A model generated the notes under the pieces. It ran no database searches. It saw only the letters and a program-made list of their open reading frames with translations, and was not told the origin of the DNA. From positions 96,001-160,000 of the forward strand of contig CAVZQC010000005.1 in the NCBI GenBank assembly GCA_963777315.1: DNA of 64,000 nt, written 5' to 3'. The position numbers and the translations under genes are program-made. This document shows positions 9,089 through 19,451 of this stretch, in pieces. Within the stretch, counting starts at the first letter, position 1, and each line of letters opens with the position of its first letter. Source of the stretch: Vulcanimicrobiota bacterium. GTDB lineage: Bacteria > Vulcanimicrobiota > Vulcanimicrobiia > Vulcanimicrobiales > Vulcanimicrobiaceae.

Positions 9089-10007
9089 ATGAAGCTGCAT
9101 TATCGAGCTCGCGCGCACGGCGCACTCGCCGTTGGCCGTGGCCATCGGGTTCTTCGACGGCATGCACCGCGGCCATCAAGACATCGCGCGCCGCACGCTG
9201 CGCTTGCGCAAGCGGGGCCGGCTCGCGGCAGCGATCACGTTTGCGAATCACCCCGCCGCGTTTTTGCGCCCGGGAACGGAGCCGCCGCTGATCTGCACGC
9301 CGGAAGAGCGCCTGGATCTCATCGCGCGCGCCGGCTTTGACGAATGTTTCTTCGTTCCGTTCGACGATCGCATCGCCTCGCAGGACGCGGTGCATTTCGT
9401 GCGGCAGACCTTGGTTCGCGATTTGGACGCGCGCGCAGTGGTGGTGGGCCGAAATTTTCGGTTCGGACACAAACGGGCGGGAGATACGACGCTTATGGGA
9501 CGGTTGCTCGACGAAGCGGGCTTGGAATTCGAGCCGGTGGAAAATACGACCGATCGAAACGGCGAAAGGATATCGAGCACGCGTATTCGCGCGTATATCG
9601 CCGCGGGCGACATGGCCACCGCCGACGAGCTGCTCGGCCATAGCTACGAGCTGCGCGGCAGCGTGCAGCGGGGTGCGGGGCGCGGTCACGATCTCGGATT
9701 CCCGACCGCCAACATCGCCGTGCCTTCGAAACTGCTGCCAAAAGACGGCGTGTATTCGGCCATTGCGCGTCACGAGGGACGCGACTATGCCGCGCTGGTC
9801 TCCATCGGCGCCAATCCGACCTTCGCAGGCACGCAGCGTACGGTTGAAGCGTGGTTGCGCGATTTCCATGAAACTATCTACGGGAAGGAACTGGCCATTC
9901 GCGACCTGCGGTTCGTTCGCGAGCAGCAGCGTTTCGATTCGGCCGAAGAACTGCTCGCGCGCATGAACGAGGACCGCAATGCGGTGGCGTACCCTTCCTA
10001 TGGATAG
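9089..10007 (+). CDS. ribF: bifunctional riboflavin kinase/FAD synthetase (apparent +1 frameshift near 9101)
   Basis: IGFFDGMHRGH, ISSTRIR, GFPTANI; ATG 9089 (MKLH) joins the main frame if one T in CATTATC is removed. Confidence 0.92.
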
Positions 10008-10518
10008 CGCGCGCATCACGAATAGGCTTTTGGCCGCAGCGACGGCGGCAATAGGTTTGTGCGCGTGCTCGGGTTCGAGCACCGGCCATGGCAACTCCGC
10101 CATCGCCCGCGTCGGCCAAGCTGCGCCCGATTGGACTGCGCCAACCACGAGCGGGACGAAGCTGTCGCTGCATGAGATGGCAGGCAAAGCGGTGTACCTG
10201 AACTTTTTTGCGACCTGGTGCCCCCCGTGCAATGAAGAAGCGCCGGCGATCAACAACCTGCAAAAACAGTACGCGTCGCGCGGTTTGCGGATCGTCGGTA
10301 TCGACGAACTCGAGAATGCGGGAAAAGCGCGCGAGTTCGTGCGCAAGTACGGTTTGGTGTACCCGGCAGTGGTGGACGACGGCACTATCGGCTCGCAATA
10401 CGAGGTCAACGGGCTGCCCGTGCACGTGTTCATCGACCGCAACGGCATCGTCAAGAAAATCGTGGTCGGAGAGATGGCCGGTCCGGAGATCGCATCGGCG
10501 GTCCGTTCGATGCTTTAA
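10000..10518 (+). CDS. TlpA/ResA-family thiol-disulfide oxidoreductase, lipoprotein
   Basis: NFFATWCPPC, cis-Pro motif GLP; lipobox-like LCAC. Confidence 0.9.
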   Translation: MDSARITNRLLAAATAAIGLCACSGSSTGHGNSAIARVGQAAPDWTAPTTSGTKLSLHEMAGKAVYLNFFATWCPPCNEEAPAINNLQKQYASRGLRIVGIDELENAGKAREFVRKYGLVYPAVVDDGTIGSQYEVNGLPVHVFIDRNGIVKKIVVGEMAGPEIASAVRSML

Positions 10519-10752
10519 GGAGTTTGGCGGATTTGGGCCATTTTCGGATTCGTCGCTGAATTTTGCTCGAAGAAGAGGCGCGAGGACGGACGCAATGCAG
10601 CGCATTGTGGCCGCCGCAGCAACGAAGTATTCGAGCAAAAGGCGGCGCGAAGGCGGAAACGCGCCTAAGTCCGACAGACTCCTAGAGGATTCTTAATCTT
10701 ACCGGAACTCTTTACGGGACGTCCCTCGTTAGCATATCGAGGTACGACGTCC

Positions 10753-12828
10753 ATGCATCCGAACAAGAAAATTCTCGCAGGATCGCTTGCGCCGGCGCTG
10801 GCCCTGGTGGGCATGTTTGCATCGGCGGCTCCGGCGAATGCTCAAGCATACGGCTACGATTCGAACAGTTCGGGAGTGGCCAATGTCAGCGTCATCAACG
10901 GCAGCGCCGAGATCGTTCGCGGCGACAGCGGCGTTCAGACGGCCGCCAACATCAACGCGCCGCTGGTTGCCGGAGACTATATCGCGACGGCACCCGGTTC
11001 GACGGCCGAAGTGCAATTCGACGGCATCTCGATGCTGCGGCTTGCGTCCAATACGCAAGTGCGGTTCATCAGTCTGAGTCAGAACTCGCGGGAAACTCAG
11101 CTCGCGCAGGGCACGGTCGAGCTCGCCGAACTGCAAGGCGCCGACGGCGGCCCGCAAATCGATACGCCGTCGCTCACGGTGCGCCCGAATCAAAGCGGTG
11201 ACTACCGCGTCTCGGTATCGAGCAGCGGCGAAACGCTCGTGACGGTCCGCAGCGGTTCGGCCAGCGTGGCTACGGGAGCCGGTTCGCGGACGCTCGCTCC
11301 CGGAAGCACGCTGGTCGCATACGGGCCGTACTCGAATCCCTCGATCGATATGCGCGACGCGATCGCCTTCGATTCATTCGATCAATTCAACAGCTCCCGC
11401 GATCAGGCCACGGTTACCGCGTACAACGCCAATCCGTATCTTGCGCCGGGTCTGGCGGGATACTCCAACTTCGCAAACTACGGCCGCTGGCAAAACGTGC
11501 CCGGCTACGGCTATGCGTGGGCGCCGTACAATCAGAATCAAACCAACTTCGCGCCGTATCAAAACGGTCAATGGGTATGGGAACCCGGTTACGGTTACAC
11601 GTGGGTCGACAACGCACCCTACGGGTACGCAACGTCCCACTACGGCACGTGGTTCAACAACGCCAACTACGGCGGATGGCTCTGGCAGCCGCCGGCCTAC
11701 CAAAACCAAAACGGCGGCTCACTGTTGTCGACGTGGCTGCCGGCGGTCGTCTCATTCTTCCTGACCGGATCGAATGGAAATAGCGGCAACGTCGGCTGGA
11801 TTCCGCTGGCGCCCGGTGAGCAATATCAGCCCTGGTACGGGCAAAACTATTCGTATCCGCCGACCGGTTTGACCAACGTATCCAATATCACGAACGTCTA
11901 CAATTACTACAGCAATGCGCGGTATTACCGCGGCGTCACGATGGTGCCCGTGAGCGCATGGCGCAACGGCAACTTCAGGCGGTTGATCGTCGAGCGTCCG
12001 CAGCAGCTGCGGCGCATCAATCTGGTTCGCGGCGCGCTTCCGATCGTCCCAACCGCAGCCAATCTGCATTACAGGCCGGCGGTTGCGGTTCAACGCCGGA
12101 TCGTTCTTTCGCGCACGTTCGCCGCTCCCCGGTTTGCCTCCAAGTCGCGGCTTCTCGCACGCCCGTCATTCGCAGCACAACGAGCGCGTATCACGTCGAT
12201 AGCGGCCGCTAAACCGCGCATCGTGCGCCTGCCGAGCCGCGTAGCGGCGCATCCCATCTATCATCCGGCAGCCCATCCGCCGATTCGTCTAACCGCGATC
12301 AAGCCGATCGCAAGGCCTCACCTTTCACCGATCGTCAAACGCAACGCCGTAGTCAAACACAACGCTGTAGTCAAACACAACGCTGTAGTCAAACACAACA
12401 CCGTAACGGTAACGCATGCTGCGGCTCCCGTTAGGCGCGTCGAACGCGCTACACGGCCTGCACCGCAAGTGCGCGCCGTTCGCGTGGTGCGTCCCGCGCC
12501 GCAAGTGCGTGCGGTTCGCGTAGTGCGTCCCACGCCGCAAGTGCGTGCCGTTCGCGTGGTGCGTCCCGCGCCGCAGGTGCGTGCGGTTCGCGTAGTGCGT
12601 CCCACGCCGCAAGTGCGTGCCGTTCGCGTGGTGCGTCCCGCGCCGCAGGTGCGTGCGGTTCGCGTAGTGCGTCCCGCACCGCAAGTGCGTGCCGTTCGCG
12701 TGGAGCGTCCCGCACCGCAAGTGCGTGCCGTTCGCGTGGAGCGTGCCGCGCCGCAAGTGCGTGCCGTTCCGGAATCGCGGCCGGCTGAGCACGCGCGGCC
12801 CAGGCCGGCAGCCACACCGCGTCCGTGA
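10753..12828 (+). CDS. exported FecR-domain / DUF6600-like protein with basic repeat tail
   Basis: Signal peptide; FecR-like beta domain (INAPLVAGDYIAT...QIDTP); YGRW..PGYGYAW.P and GYTWVDNAPYGYATSHYGTW motifs; C-terminal tandem repeats. Confidence 0.8.
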   Translation: MHPNKKILAGSLAPALALVGMFASAAPANAQAYGYDSNSSGVANVSVINGSAEIVRGDSGVQTAANINAPLVAGDYIATAPGSTAEVQFDGISMLRLASNTQVRFISLSQNSRETQLAQGTVELAELQGADGGPQIDTPSLTVRPNQSGDYRVSVSSSGETLVTVRSGSASVATGAGSRTLAPGSTLVAYGPYSNPSIDMRDAIAFDSFDQFNSSRDQATVTAYNANPYLAPGLAGYSNFANYGRWQNVPGYGYAWAPYNQNQTNFAPYQNGQWVWEPGYGYTWVDNAPYGYATSHYGTWFNNANYGGWLWQPPAYQNQNGGSLLSTWLPAVVSFFLTGSNGNSGNVGWIPLAPGEQYQPWYGQNYSYPPTGLTNVSNITNVYNYYSNARYYRGVTMVPVSAWRNGNFRRLIVERPQQLRRINLVRGALPIVPTAANLHYRPAVAVQRRIVLSRTFAAPRFASKSRLLARPSFAAQRARITSIAAAKPRIVRLPSRVAAHPIYHPAAHPPIRLTAIKPIARPHLSPIVKRNAVVKHNAVVKHNAVVKHNTVTVTHAAAPVRRVERATRPAPQVRAVRVVRPAPQVRAVRVVRPTPQVRAVRVVRPAPQVRAVRVVRPTPQVRAVRVVRPAPQVRAVRVVRPAPQVRAVRVERPAPQVRAVRVERAAPQVRAVPESRPAEHARPRPAATPRP
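12334..12405 (+). repeat. 18-bp coding tandem repeat (NAVVKH x3 plus partials)
   Basis: AACGCYGTAGTCAAACAC repeated. Confidence 0.9.
12454..12768 (+). repeat. 36-bp coding tandem repeat, ~8.75 copies (RPAPQVRAVRVV)
   Basis: Contiguous near-identical in-frame units with no spacers. Confidence 0.95.
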
Positions 12829-12852
12829 CACGGCGCTAAGGTCGAAAAGGCC

Positions 12853-14802
12853 CTAAGCCGCTCGCACCACCAGGGATTCGCCCTCCAGCCGAACGTCGGC
12901 GCTCCCGCCTTTGCGCAGTTCGCCGCGCAAAATCGCCGAGGAAAGCGGCGTGCTCACGTGCCGCGCGACGATGCGGTGAACGTACCGCGCACCGCTTCCG
13001 GCGTTCATCGCCTCGCGCGCCAAATATGCCCGAGCCGGCTCGTTCAAATGCAGGCGCACTTCGCGCGCGCCTAAACGCGCGGCGAGCGCTTCGACGTGGA
13101 TGGCCACGATATGCTCGATATCTTCCAAACGCAGATCGTTGAAGCGAACGACGTCGTCGATGCGGTTGAGAAACTCGGGCCGGAATGCCATTGGGAGTTC
13201 CTCATCGCTCAGGTTGGTCGTCATGATGATGAGCGCGTGCCGGAAATCGACCGTGCGCCCTTTGGCGTCGGTCACGCGGCCGTCGTCGAGAATCTGCAGC
13301 AGCACTGCGGCTACGTCCGGGTGGGCCTTTTCTAATTCGTCGAAGAGCACGACGCAATACGGCCGCCGGCGCACGGGCTCGGTGAGTTGGCCGGCCTCTT
13401 CGTGGCCTTGATACCCCGGAGGCGCTCCCAGCAGCCGAGAGATCGTATGCGCTTCGGTGTACTCGGAAAGATCGATGCGCACGAGCGCTTCTTCGGTGCC
13501 GAAGAGCGCTTCGGCAAGCGCTTTGGCCAGTTCGGTTTTGCCCACGCCGCTCGCCCCCATGAACAAAAAACTTCCCAGCGGTTTGCGCGGATCGTGCAAG
13601 CCTGCGCGCGCGCGGCGAATCGCTTCGCTCACGGCGGAAATCGCTTGGCTTTGGCCGATAACGCGCTTGGCGAGCGTTTCCTCGAGCGACAGCAAGTTGT
13701 TGGCTTGCGACTCGGTCAACGTCGCCTGCGGAATACCCGTCCATTTCGTTACGACGGCTGCAACGTGCTCGGCCGTGACGGGCGGAGGCGAGCCCGAGCG
13801 TTTATTGCTCAGCGCAACCGCAGCCGCGGCTTCGTCCATCAGATCGATGGCCTTGTCGGGCAAAAAGCGATCGGCGATATAGCGCGCCGAAAGCGCCGAC
13901 GCCGCGCGAACGGCTTCATCGGTGATCTCGACGGTGTGGTGCTCGGCATACCGGGCCCGCAAACCGGTCAAAATCCGCTCGGTTTCTTCGATCGACGGTT
14001 CGTTCACCATGACCGGCTGAAACCGGCGCTCGAGTGCCGAATCGGACTCGATGTACTTGCGGTATTCGTCGAACGTCGTCGCGCCGATGCACTGCAGATC
14101 GCCGCGCGCGAGTTCGGGTTTGATCATCGAACTCAAATCCAGCGAACCTTCCGCAGCTCCCGCGCCCACGAGCGTGTGCAATTCGTCGATGAACAGCACG
14201 ATGTCGCGCGCGGCTTTGCGCACTTCGTCGAGAATGCGTTTCACGCGTCCTTCGAATTCGCCCCGGTACTTCGTGCCTGCCACGAGCGGCCCGAGCGATA
14301 ACGCCAGCACGCGTTTGCGGCGCAGCGCCTGCGGCACTTTGCCGGCAACGATTCGCTGCGCGAGGCCTTCGACGATCGCCGTTTTGCCGACGCCGGGTTC
14401 CCCGACGAGCACGGGATTGTTCTTGCTGCGGCGCGCAAGAATTGCGACCACACGCTCGACTTCGTCCTCGCGGCCGATGACCGGATCCAATTTGCCGGTG
14501 CGCGCAAGCTCGGTCAGATCGCGCGAAAAGGCCGCCAAGGTCGGCGTCGCGGTGCGCAGACCGCGGGCCCAGTTTTCAAGCGGATTGCCGCCGGATTGGC
14601 CTTGCTGCTCGCCGAGCCGTTCCATGAGCAGCGCGCCTCCGGCGACCAGTGCCGCGGCCGTGAGCGCGGCGCCTACGTACGGCAGCGCGGCTCGGGTCGC
14701 CTGACGGCGTGCCGAGCACAGCGCGCAGTAGCGAGCTTGCCCCGTGGCAGGATCGGTTACCGTCGCCGGCCGCAGCGCGCAGATCTCGCACAATGTCGTC
14801 AT
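12853..14802 (-). CDS. Clp/Hsp100 double-AAA ATPase with N-terminal Cys4 finger and hydrophobic helix
   Basis: [46 protein letters not shown]-terminus CEIC...CALC. Confidence 0.92.
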   Translation of the reverse strand: MTTLCEICALRPATVTDPATGQARYCALCSARRQATRAALPYVGAALTAAALVAGGALLMERLGEQQGQSGGNPLENWARGLRTATPTLAAFSRDLTELARTGKLDPVIGREDEVERVVAILARRSKNNPVLVGEPGVGKTAIVEGLAQRIVAGKVPQALRRKRVLALSLGPLVAGTKYRGEFEGRVKRILDEVRKAARDIVLFIDELHTLVGAGAAEGSLDLSSMIKPELARGDLQCIGATTFDEYRKYIESDSALERRFQPVMVNEPSIEETERILTGLRARYAEHHTVEITDEAVRAASALSARYIADRFLPDKAIDLMDEAAAAVALSNKRSGSPPPVTAEHVAAVVTKWTGIPQATLTESQANNLLSLEETLAKRVIGQSQAISAVSEAIRRARAGLHDPRKPLGSFLFMGASGVGKTELAKALAEALFGTEEALVRIDLSEYTEAHTISRLLGAPPGYQGHEEAGQLTEPVRRRPYCVVLFDELEKAHPDVAAVLLQILDDGRVTDAKGRTVDFRHALIIMTTNLSDEELPMAFRPEFLNRIDDVVRFNDLRLEDIEHIVAIHVEALAARLGAREVRLHLNEPARAYLAREAMNAGSGARYVHRIVARHVSTPLSSAILRGELRKGGSADVRLEGESLVVRAA

Positions 14803-14842
14803 CTAACCGATGCTACCGCCGCACGCCGCAAGGGGTTTCGAC

Positions 14843-15502
14843 TCACTGCGCTTCGTAGGTTACCGTGACGGTCGCGCTTACCTCGACGTCGCTGGGCTCG
14901 ATGGTCGTCGGCGCCGGAGCGGGCGCCTGCATCTTCGCTTCCATCATCATTCGCGGTACCGGCCCGGTTTCATATCCCTGCTGCATGCTCCTCACGCGCA
15001 CGACGTGCAAACCCGCGGCCGCAGCCATCGCTTCGGCTTGCGTGCGCGCGTCGGCCACGGCCGACCGCAGCGCGCGCGCAAACTGCGCACGATTGTCCCG
15101 CACCCCGAAGCTGATCGAGCCGATGTCGGTCACTCCGGAAGCCACGGCGGTATCGATCGCTTTGCCCACCAGATCCAAACGGTCGAGCGTGACTTGAATG
15201 TTGCGGTTGACCGAATAGCCGTAACGTTGCGTCACCGGCGCAATCGGCGCGCCGGGCTGGGGCTGCGGCGGCGGCGCGTAGTTCAGATTGTAAAACGTCG
15301 TGCGAACGTCCGAATGCGCGATGCCCAGCGCTTCAAGCGCGCCGGTCATGCGATCGTACCGGGAATTGTTGTCCGAGGTTGCCGCCGCGGCGGTGTCGGC
15401 ATTGGTTGCGATGGTGAAATTTTCGGTAGCCGTGTCGGGCGGTGCGCTCGCTCTACCCTGGGCGCTGACGGTGATGAGCACAGCAAGCAAAAAAACGTGC
15501 AT
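14843..15502 (-). CDS. SIMPL (DUF541) domain protein
   Basis: ITVSAQGRASAPPD, AVADARTQAEAMA, VSATVTVTY. Confidence 0.88.
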   Translation of the reverse strand: MHVFLLAVLITVSAQGRASAPPDTATENFTIATNADTAAAATSDNNSRYDRMTGALEALGIAHSDVRTTFYNLNYAPPPQPQPGAPIAPVTQRYGYSVNRNIQVTLDRLDLVGKAIDTAVASGVTDIGSISFGVRDNRAQFARALRSAVADARTQAEAMAAAAGLHVVRVRSMQQGYETGPVPRMMMEAKMQAPAPAPTTIEPSDVEVSATVTVTYEAQ

Positions 15503-15553
15503 CAGACTTCTCCTCGAGCGGTCAACGGGCAAAAGACGGGAAAATACGGCAAT

Positions 15554-15808
15554 ATGCTGGTGGAAGTCGTCGTGGGGTTCTGCGTGGGCGTGATTGCCCG
15601 CTACGTCGTTCCGGACTCTACGGGCATCGGTGCGGACACCCTGTTCGGCATCGTCGGGGGCGCCCTGGGCTCCTTCATCTACAAGCTGTTCGGGCACAAG
15701 CCTGCTTTCGACGACTGGAACGGATGGAGCATGGCCAGCGCGGCGGCGGGGGCGCTGGTGATGATACTGGTGCTGCGGGCAACCGCCGGAAGGCGTACCA
15801 TCGCTTAG
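15554..15808 (+). CDS. GlsB/YeaQ/YmgE family membrane protein
   Basis: GFCVGVIARYVVP...GIVGGALGSFI. Confidence 0.8.
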   Translation: MLVEVVVGFCVGVIARYVVPDSTGIGADTLFGIVGGALGSFIYKLFGHKPAFDDWNGWSMASAAAGALVMILVLRATAGRRTIA

Positions 15809-15828
15809 GAGGGTACAAAGCCAGAATC

Positions 15829-16092
15829 ATGCTCTGGGCCATCATCGTTTGGATTGTCTTCGGATTCATCGTCGGGCTCATCGCGCGCTGGATCGTTCCC
15901 GGCGCGGTGGGCGGCGGCGTTTTGACCGACATCATCGTGGGCATCGTCGGCGCGCTGATTGGAGGCTGGGTATACCGTGCCTTCGGCCACGGCGGCCCCA
16001 CGCCGCTGTGGAGTTTTCTCTACGCGCTGATCGGCGCGGTCGTCTTGCTGCTGATTCTTCGGGCGCTCACCGGCCGCAGGCGGGCCATTTAG
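15829..16092 (+). CDS. GlsB/YeaQ/YmgE family membrane protein (tandem paralog)
   Basis: WIVFGFIVGLIARWIVPG...GIVGALIGGW. Confidence 0.88.
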   Translation: MLWAIIVWIVFGFIVGLIARWIVPGAVGGGVLTDIIVGIVGALIGGWVYRAFGHGGPTPLWSFLYALIGAVVLLLILRALTGRRRAI

Positions 16093-16099
16093 CGTACCC

Positions 16100-16345
16100 A
16101 TGACGTACATCATTACCGAGCCGTGCATCGGAACCAAGGACAAGTCGTGCGTCGACGTTTGCCCCGTCGACTGCATCCACGGCAAGGACGAAGACGAGAT
16201 GCTCTACATCGACCCCGAAGTGTGCATCGACTGCGGGGCTTGCGTTTCGGCGTGTCCGGTCGAAGCGATATTTGCCGATTCCGACGTGCCGCAGAAGTGG
16301 GAGAACTTCGTCGAAATCAACGCGGACTATTTCAAGAACGCGTAG
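16100..16345 (+). CDS. 7Fe-type (3Fe-4S/4Fe-4S) ferredoxin
   Basis: CIGTKDKSCVDVCPVDC and CIDCGACVSACP. Confidence 0.93.
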   Translation: MTYIITEPCIGTKDKSCVDVCPVDCIHGKDEDEMLYIDPEVCIDCGACVSACPVEAIFADSDVPQKWENFVEINADYFKNA

Positions 16346-16351
16346 CAAGTA

Positions 16352-17485
16352 ATGCCGGCGATGGCGCAGCGCTTCGACGTTGCCGTCGTGGGGGCGGGGC
16401 CGGCCGGTGCATCGACTGCGCAGCTGATCGCGCGCCTGGGGCTGGACGTTGCGTTGATCGAGCGCTGCGAATTTCCACGCAGCAAGGCGTGCGGCGAATA
16501 TTTGAGCGCCGGCACGGTACGCATTCTCGAGCAGATCGGCGTCGCGTCGGAACTTTCGTCCGCAGCGCTTTGCGTGGACGGCATCGAGACTTTCGGGCCC
16601 GGCGCCCACGCGCGGCTGCGTTTCACGTCCGGCGGGTGGTCGCTGCCGCGTGCTACGCTGGATGCCGCGCTGCTCGCAGCGGCGCGCAACTGCGGTGCGA
16701 GGGTGATCCACGCACGAGCGGAGGGTTTCGCCCGCGAACGGGGCGGCGTTCGCGTCGACGTGCGCGCGCCTAGCGGCGAAATAACGGCGCTGCACGCTAA
16801 AGTGCTCGTCGGAGCCGACGGCGCACACTCTCTGGTTGCGCGTGAATTCGGACTGACCCGAGCGGTTCGCGGCCCGCGGCGATTTGCTTTGGGCGGACAC
16901 TATGCCGGCGTGCGCGGTCTGGACCGTTACGTGCGCATGTTCGTCGATGGCGCAACGTACTTCGCCGTCAATCCGCTCTCGCCCGGCAGCGCCAACGCCA
17001 TGCTGATCGTCGACGAACGCGAGCTTCGCCGCCGGCGCGGCGACGTCGACGCCTTCATGCGCGAACGTGCAGCGGCGTTGACGCGCGGGCGCATTCGTTT
17101 GGACGGAATGCGGCTGGAAACGAAGCGTATCGCAATCGGGCCGCTCGCTCACAGCACGCGCGGTTACTGCGCCGAAAACGTGCTATTGACCGGCGATGCC
17201 GCCCATTTTCTGGATCCGTTCACCGGTCAAGGCGTGTACCTTGCGCTGCGTTCCGGGCAACTCGCAGCGCGCGCCATTTTCGAGAGCTCGAGCGGAGTGC
17301 ACGCGCAGCGCGCGGCGTGGCGGGCTTACGAAAAACGCCTTGGGAGTGAGATCGCCCGGCGCAAACGGCTCTGCGCGCTGGTGTCCTTTTTGGTGCGCTT
17401 CCCGCCGGCGGCCAAAGCGGCCGCCGCGCTGTTCGAGAGGGATTCGCGGGCGTTCCGGCCGCTGATCGACGCGGTGACGTCGTAA
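16352..17485 (+). CDS. FAD-dependent oxidoreductase (geranylgeranyl reductase / flavin monooxygenase superfamily)
   Basis: GAGPAG, FPRSKACGE, GADG, GDAAHFLDPFTGQG. Confidence 0.88.
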   Translation: MPAMAQRFDVAVVGAGPAGASTAQLIARLGLDVALIERCEFPRSKACGEYLSAGTVRILEQIGVASELSSAALCVDGIETFGPGAHARLRFTSGGWSLPRATLDAALLAAARNCGARVIHARAEGFARERGGVRVDVRAPSGEITALHAKVLVGADGAHSLVAREFGLTRAVRGPRRFALGGHYAGVRGLDRYVRMFVDGATYFAVNPLSPGSANAMLIVDERELRRRRGDVDAFMRERAAALTRGRIRLDGMRLETKRIAIGPLAHSTRGYCAENVLLTGDAAHFLDPFTGQGVYLALRSGQLAARAIFESSSGVHAQRAAWRAYEKRLGSEIARRKRLCALVSFLVRFPPAAKAAAALFERDSRAFRPLIDAVTS

Positions 17486-17492
17486 AACGCCG

Positions 17493-17915
17493 GTGAAGAT
17501 GCGCAACGGGATCGTGATGAACGCTCCTGCGCAGCGTATTTATCAGCACGCGTGCGCGACGGAGCGCTGGCCTGATATTTTGCCGCATTACCGGTTCGTG
17601 CGCATACTGTCCGGCGACCAGGCGCGGCGTACGGTGGAGATGGCGGCACGCACGCCGCTCGGAATCCCCGTGCGCTGGCGCGCCGAGCAGATCAACGATC
17701 CCGCAAAACCGCAAATCTCGTTCCGGCATTTGGGCGGATGGACCCGCGGAATGCAGGTGCGCTGGCATTTTGAAACGCAGGGCGCTCAAACCCGAGTGTC
17801 GATCGATCACGAACTGCATTCTCCGCTGGCGCCGATCATCGGCGCGTATTTCATCGATCCGATCGCCAACCGCACTTTACGCTGCATCAAAGCGCTCGTC
17901 GAGGGCTCGGCATGA
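17493..17915 (+). CDS. SRPBCC/START polyketide cyclase-like protein
   Basis: ERWPDILPHY, FRHLGGWTRGMQVRWHF. Confidence 0.85.
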   Translation: MKMRNGIVMNAPAQRIYQHACATERWPDILPHYRFVRILSGDQARRTVEMAARTPLGIPVRWRAEQINDPAKPQISFRHLGGWTRGMQVRWHFETQGAQTRVSIDHELHSPLAPIIGAYFIDPIANRTLRCIKALVEGSA

Positions 17916-19150
17916 GCGCGCACCGCGTGGCCGTCACCGGGTTGGGCATGATAACGCCGTTAGGCATCGGCGCGCAGACGATGTGGAGTAATTTACTGGA
18001 CGGGCGTGTTGCCGTTGAGCCGCTCAGCCGGTTCGACGCGGCCGAATATCCCTCGCGGATGGCCGCGCAAGTCGACGATTTCGACCCTGCCGCCTTCCTT
18101 TCTCGCCGGCGCGCGCAGTGGATGGATCGCTTCTCTCAGTTTGCCGTTGCCGCAGCTCGATTGGCGGTCGAGGACGCCGGCCTGCAAACCGGTGCGTTGG
18201 CGCAGGAGATGGGCGTTTTCACCGGCTCGGCGCTGGGCGGCGTTGCGCTGGCCGAAGATCAGATGGACGTTTTTCATCGCCAAGGGCTTCGCGCGGTGCG
18301 TCCCCTGCTCACGATATCGGTGTTCGGAGGCGCGGCGGCCAGCAACATCGCCATCGAGTTCGGGCTCACCGGGCCCGCCGGCGCCAATGCGAATTCGTGC
18401 GCGTCCGGAGCGATGGCGATCGGCGATGCGTTTCGCGCGGTACGGCGCGGCGAAGTGCGCGCCGCCATCGCAGGCGGCGTCGAAGCGCCGCTCGCACCGC
18501 TGACGTACGGCGCTTTCAACGTCGCTCGCGCGATGTCGACGTGCAACGACGATCCGCAGCGCGCGAGCCGTCCGTTCGATGCCGACCGCGACGGGTTCGT
18601 CATGGCCGAGGGCGCGGGAATGATCGTACTGGAGCGCTACGCCGATGCCGTCGCTCGCGGTGCAGCGATTTACGGCGAGATCGCCGGGTACGGCGCTTCC
18701 AACGACGCGCATCACATGTCGGCGCCGCTGGAAGACGGACGGCAGACCGCGAGCGCGCTCGAACGCGCGCTGCACGACGCGTCGACGTCTGCCCGGGAGA
18801 TAGAAGCGATCAACGCCCACGGTTCCTCGACTCGACTTGGCGATCGCGCCGAAGTTCGCGCCTACGAACGCGTTTTCGGCGATCGGCTCGCGCAAGTTCC
18901 GATCTGCACCACCAAGGCTCAGCACGGACACGCGCTGGGTGCTACCGGCGCCTGGGAGATCGGCATCGCCTTGCTGGGCATGCGCGACGCGGTGTTGCCG
19001 GGCGCGGTCAATTTGCGTCATCGCGATCCGCACTGCGATGTCAATTGCACGCCGCAAGCGCGGCATCTGCGCGTGCGCCGCGTTCTTTCCAATTCGTCCG
19101 GGTTCGGCGGCATCAACGCCGCGGTGGTCCTGAGCGCTCCGACGCCGTGA
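17912..19150 (+). CDS. beta-ketoacyl synthase (FabF / type II KS)
   Basis: Catalytic triad present: NSCASG, NAHGSST, KAQHGHALG; also SRPFDADRDGFV. Confidence 0.92.
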   Translation: MSAHRVAVTGLGMITPLGIGAQTMWSNLLDGRVAVEPLSRFDAAEYPSRMAAQVDDFDPAAFLSRRRAQWMDRFSQFAVAAARLAVEDAGLQTGALAQEMGVFTGSALGGVALAEDQMDVFHRQGLRAVRPLLTISVFGGAAASNIAIEFGLTGPAGANANSCASGAMAIGDAFRAVRRGEVRAAIAGGVEAPLAPLTYGAFNVARAMSTCNDDPQRASRPFDADRDGFVMAEGAGMIVLERYADAVARGAAIYGEIAGYGASNDAHHMSAPLEDGRQTASALERALHDASTSAREIEAINAHGSSTRLGDRAEVRAYERVFGDRLAQVPICTTKAQHGHALGATGAWEIGIALLGMRDAVLPGAVNLRHRDPHCDVNCTPQARHLRVRRVLSNSSGFGGINAAVVLSAPTP

Positions 19151-19214
19151 GTGTGCGCTGCCTTATCGGCGCGCAAACAGGCGCCGGAGGGCGGCGGGGC
19201 TAACTTACGCGCCC

Positions 19215-19451
19215 ATGACCGGCCATATCATTGAGATGGTGTTTGCGTGGCTGCCGCTGGCGATCTTTATCTTCTTGCTGTTCGTGCTCTATTTCTCCAA
19301 ACGGCACGAGCGCGCGGTCGCCGTGGTGCATGGTAAGACGTATGCCTGCGCCCGGTGCGGGCGTCGCGGCAAGCACGAACACATGGTGCCGGTCACGCAC
19401 GAAGGCGCCGTGGTCTGGTATTGCGGCAACTGCGCGGCGCGTGCTTCTTGA
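19215..19451 (+). CDS. small membrane protein with zinc ribbon
   Basis: TM helix then CARC...CGNC; TAACTT -10-like box 8 nt before the ATG. Confidence 0.7.
   Translation: MTGHIIEMVFAWLPLAIFIFLLFVLYFSKRHERAVAVVHGKTYACARCGRRGKHEHMVPVTHEGAVVWYCGNCAARAS

Noticed and set aside
12454..12768. 36-bp repeats as a CRISPR array
   Set aside because: Units are contiguous with no unique spacers, lie in frame within a CDS, and no cas genes are present
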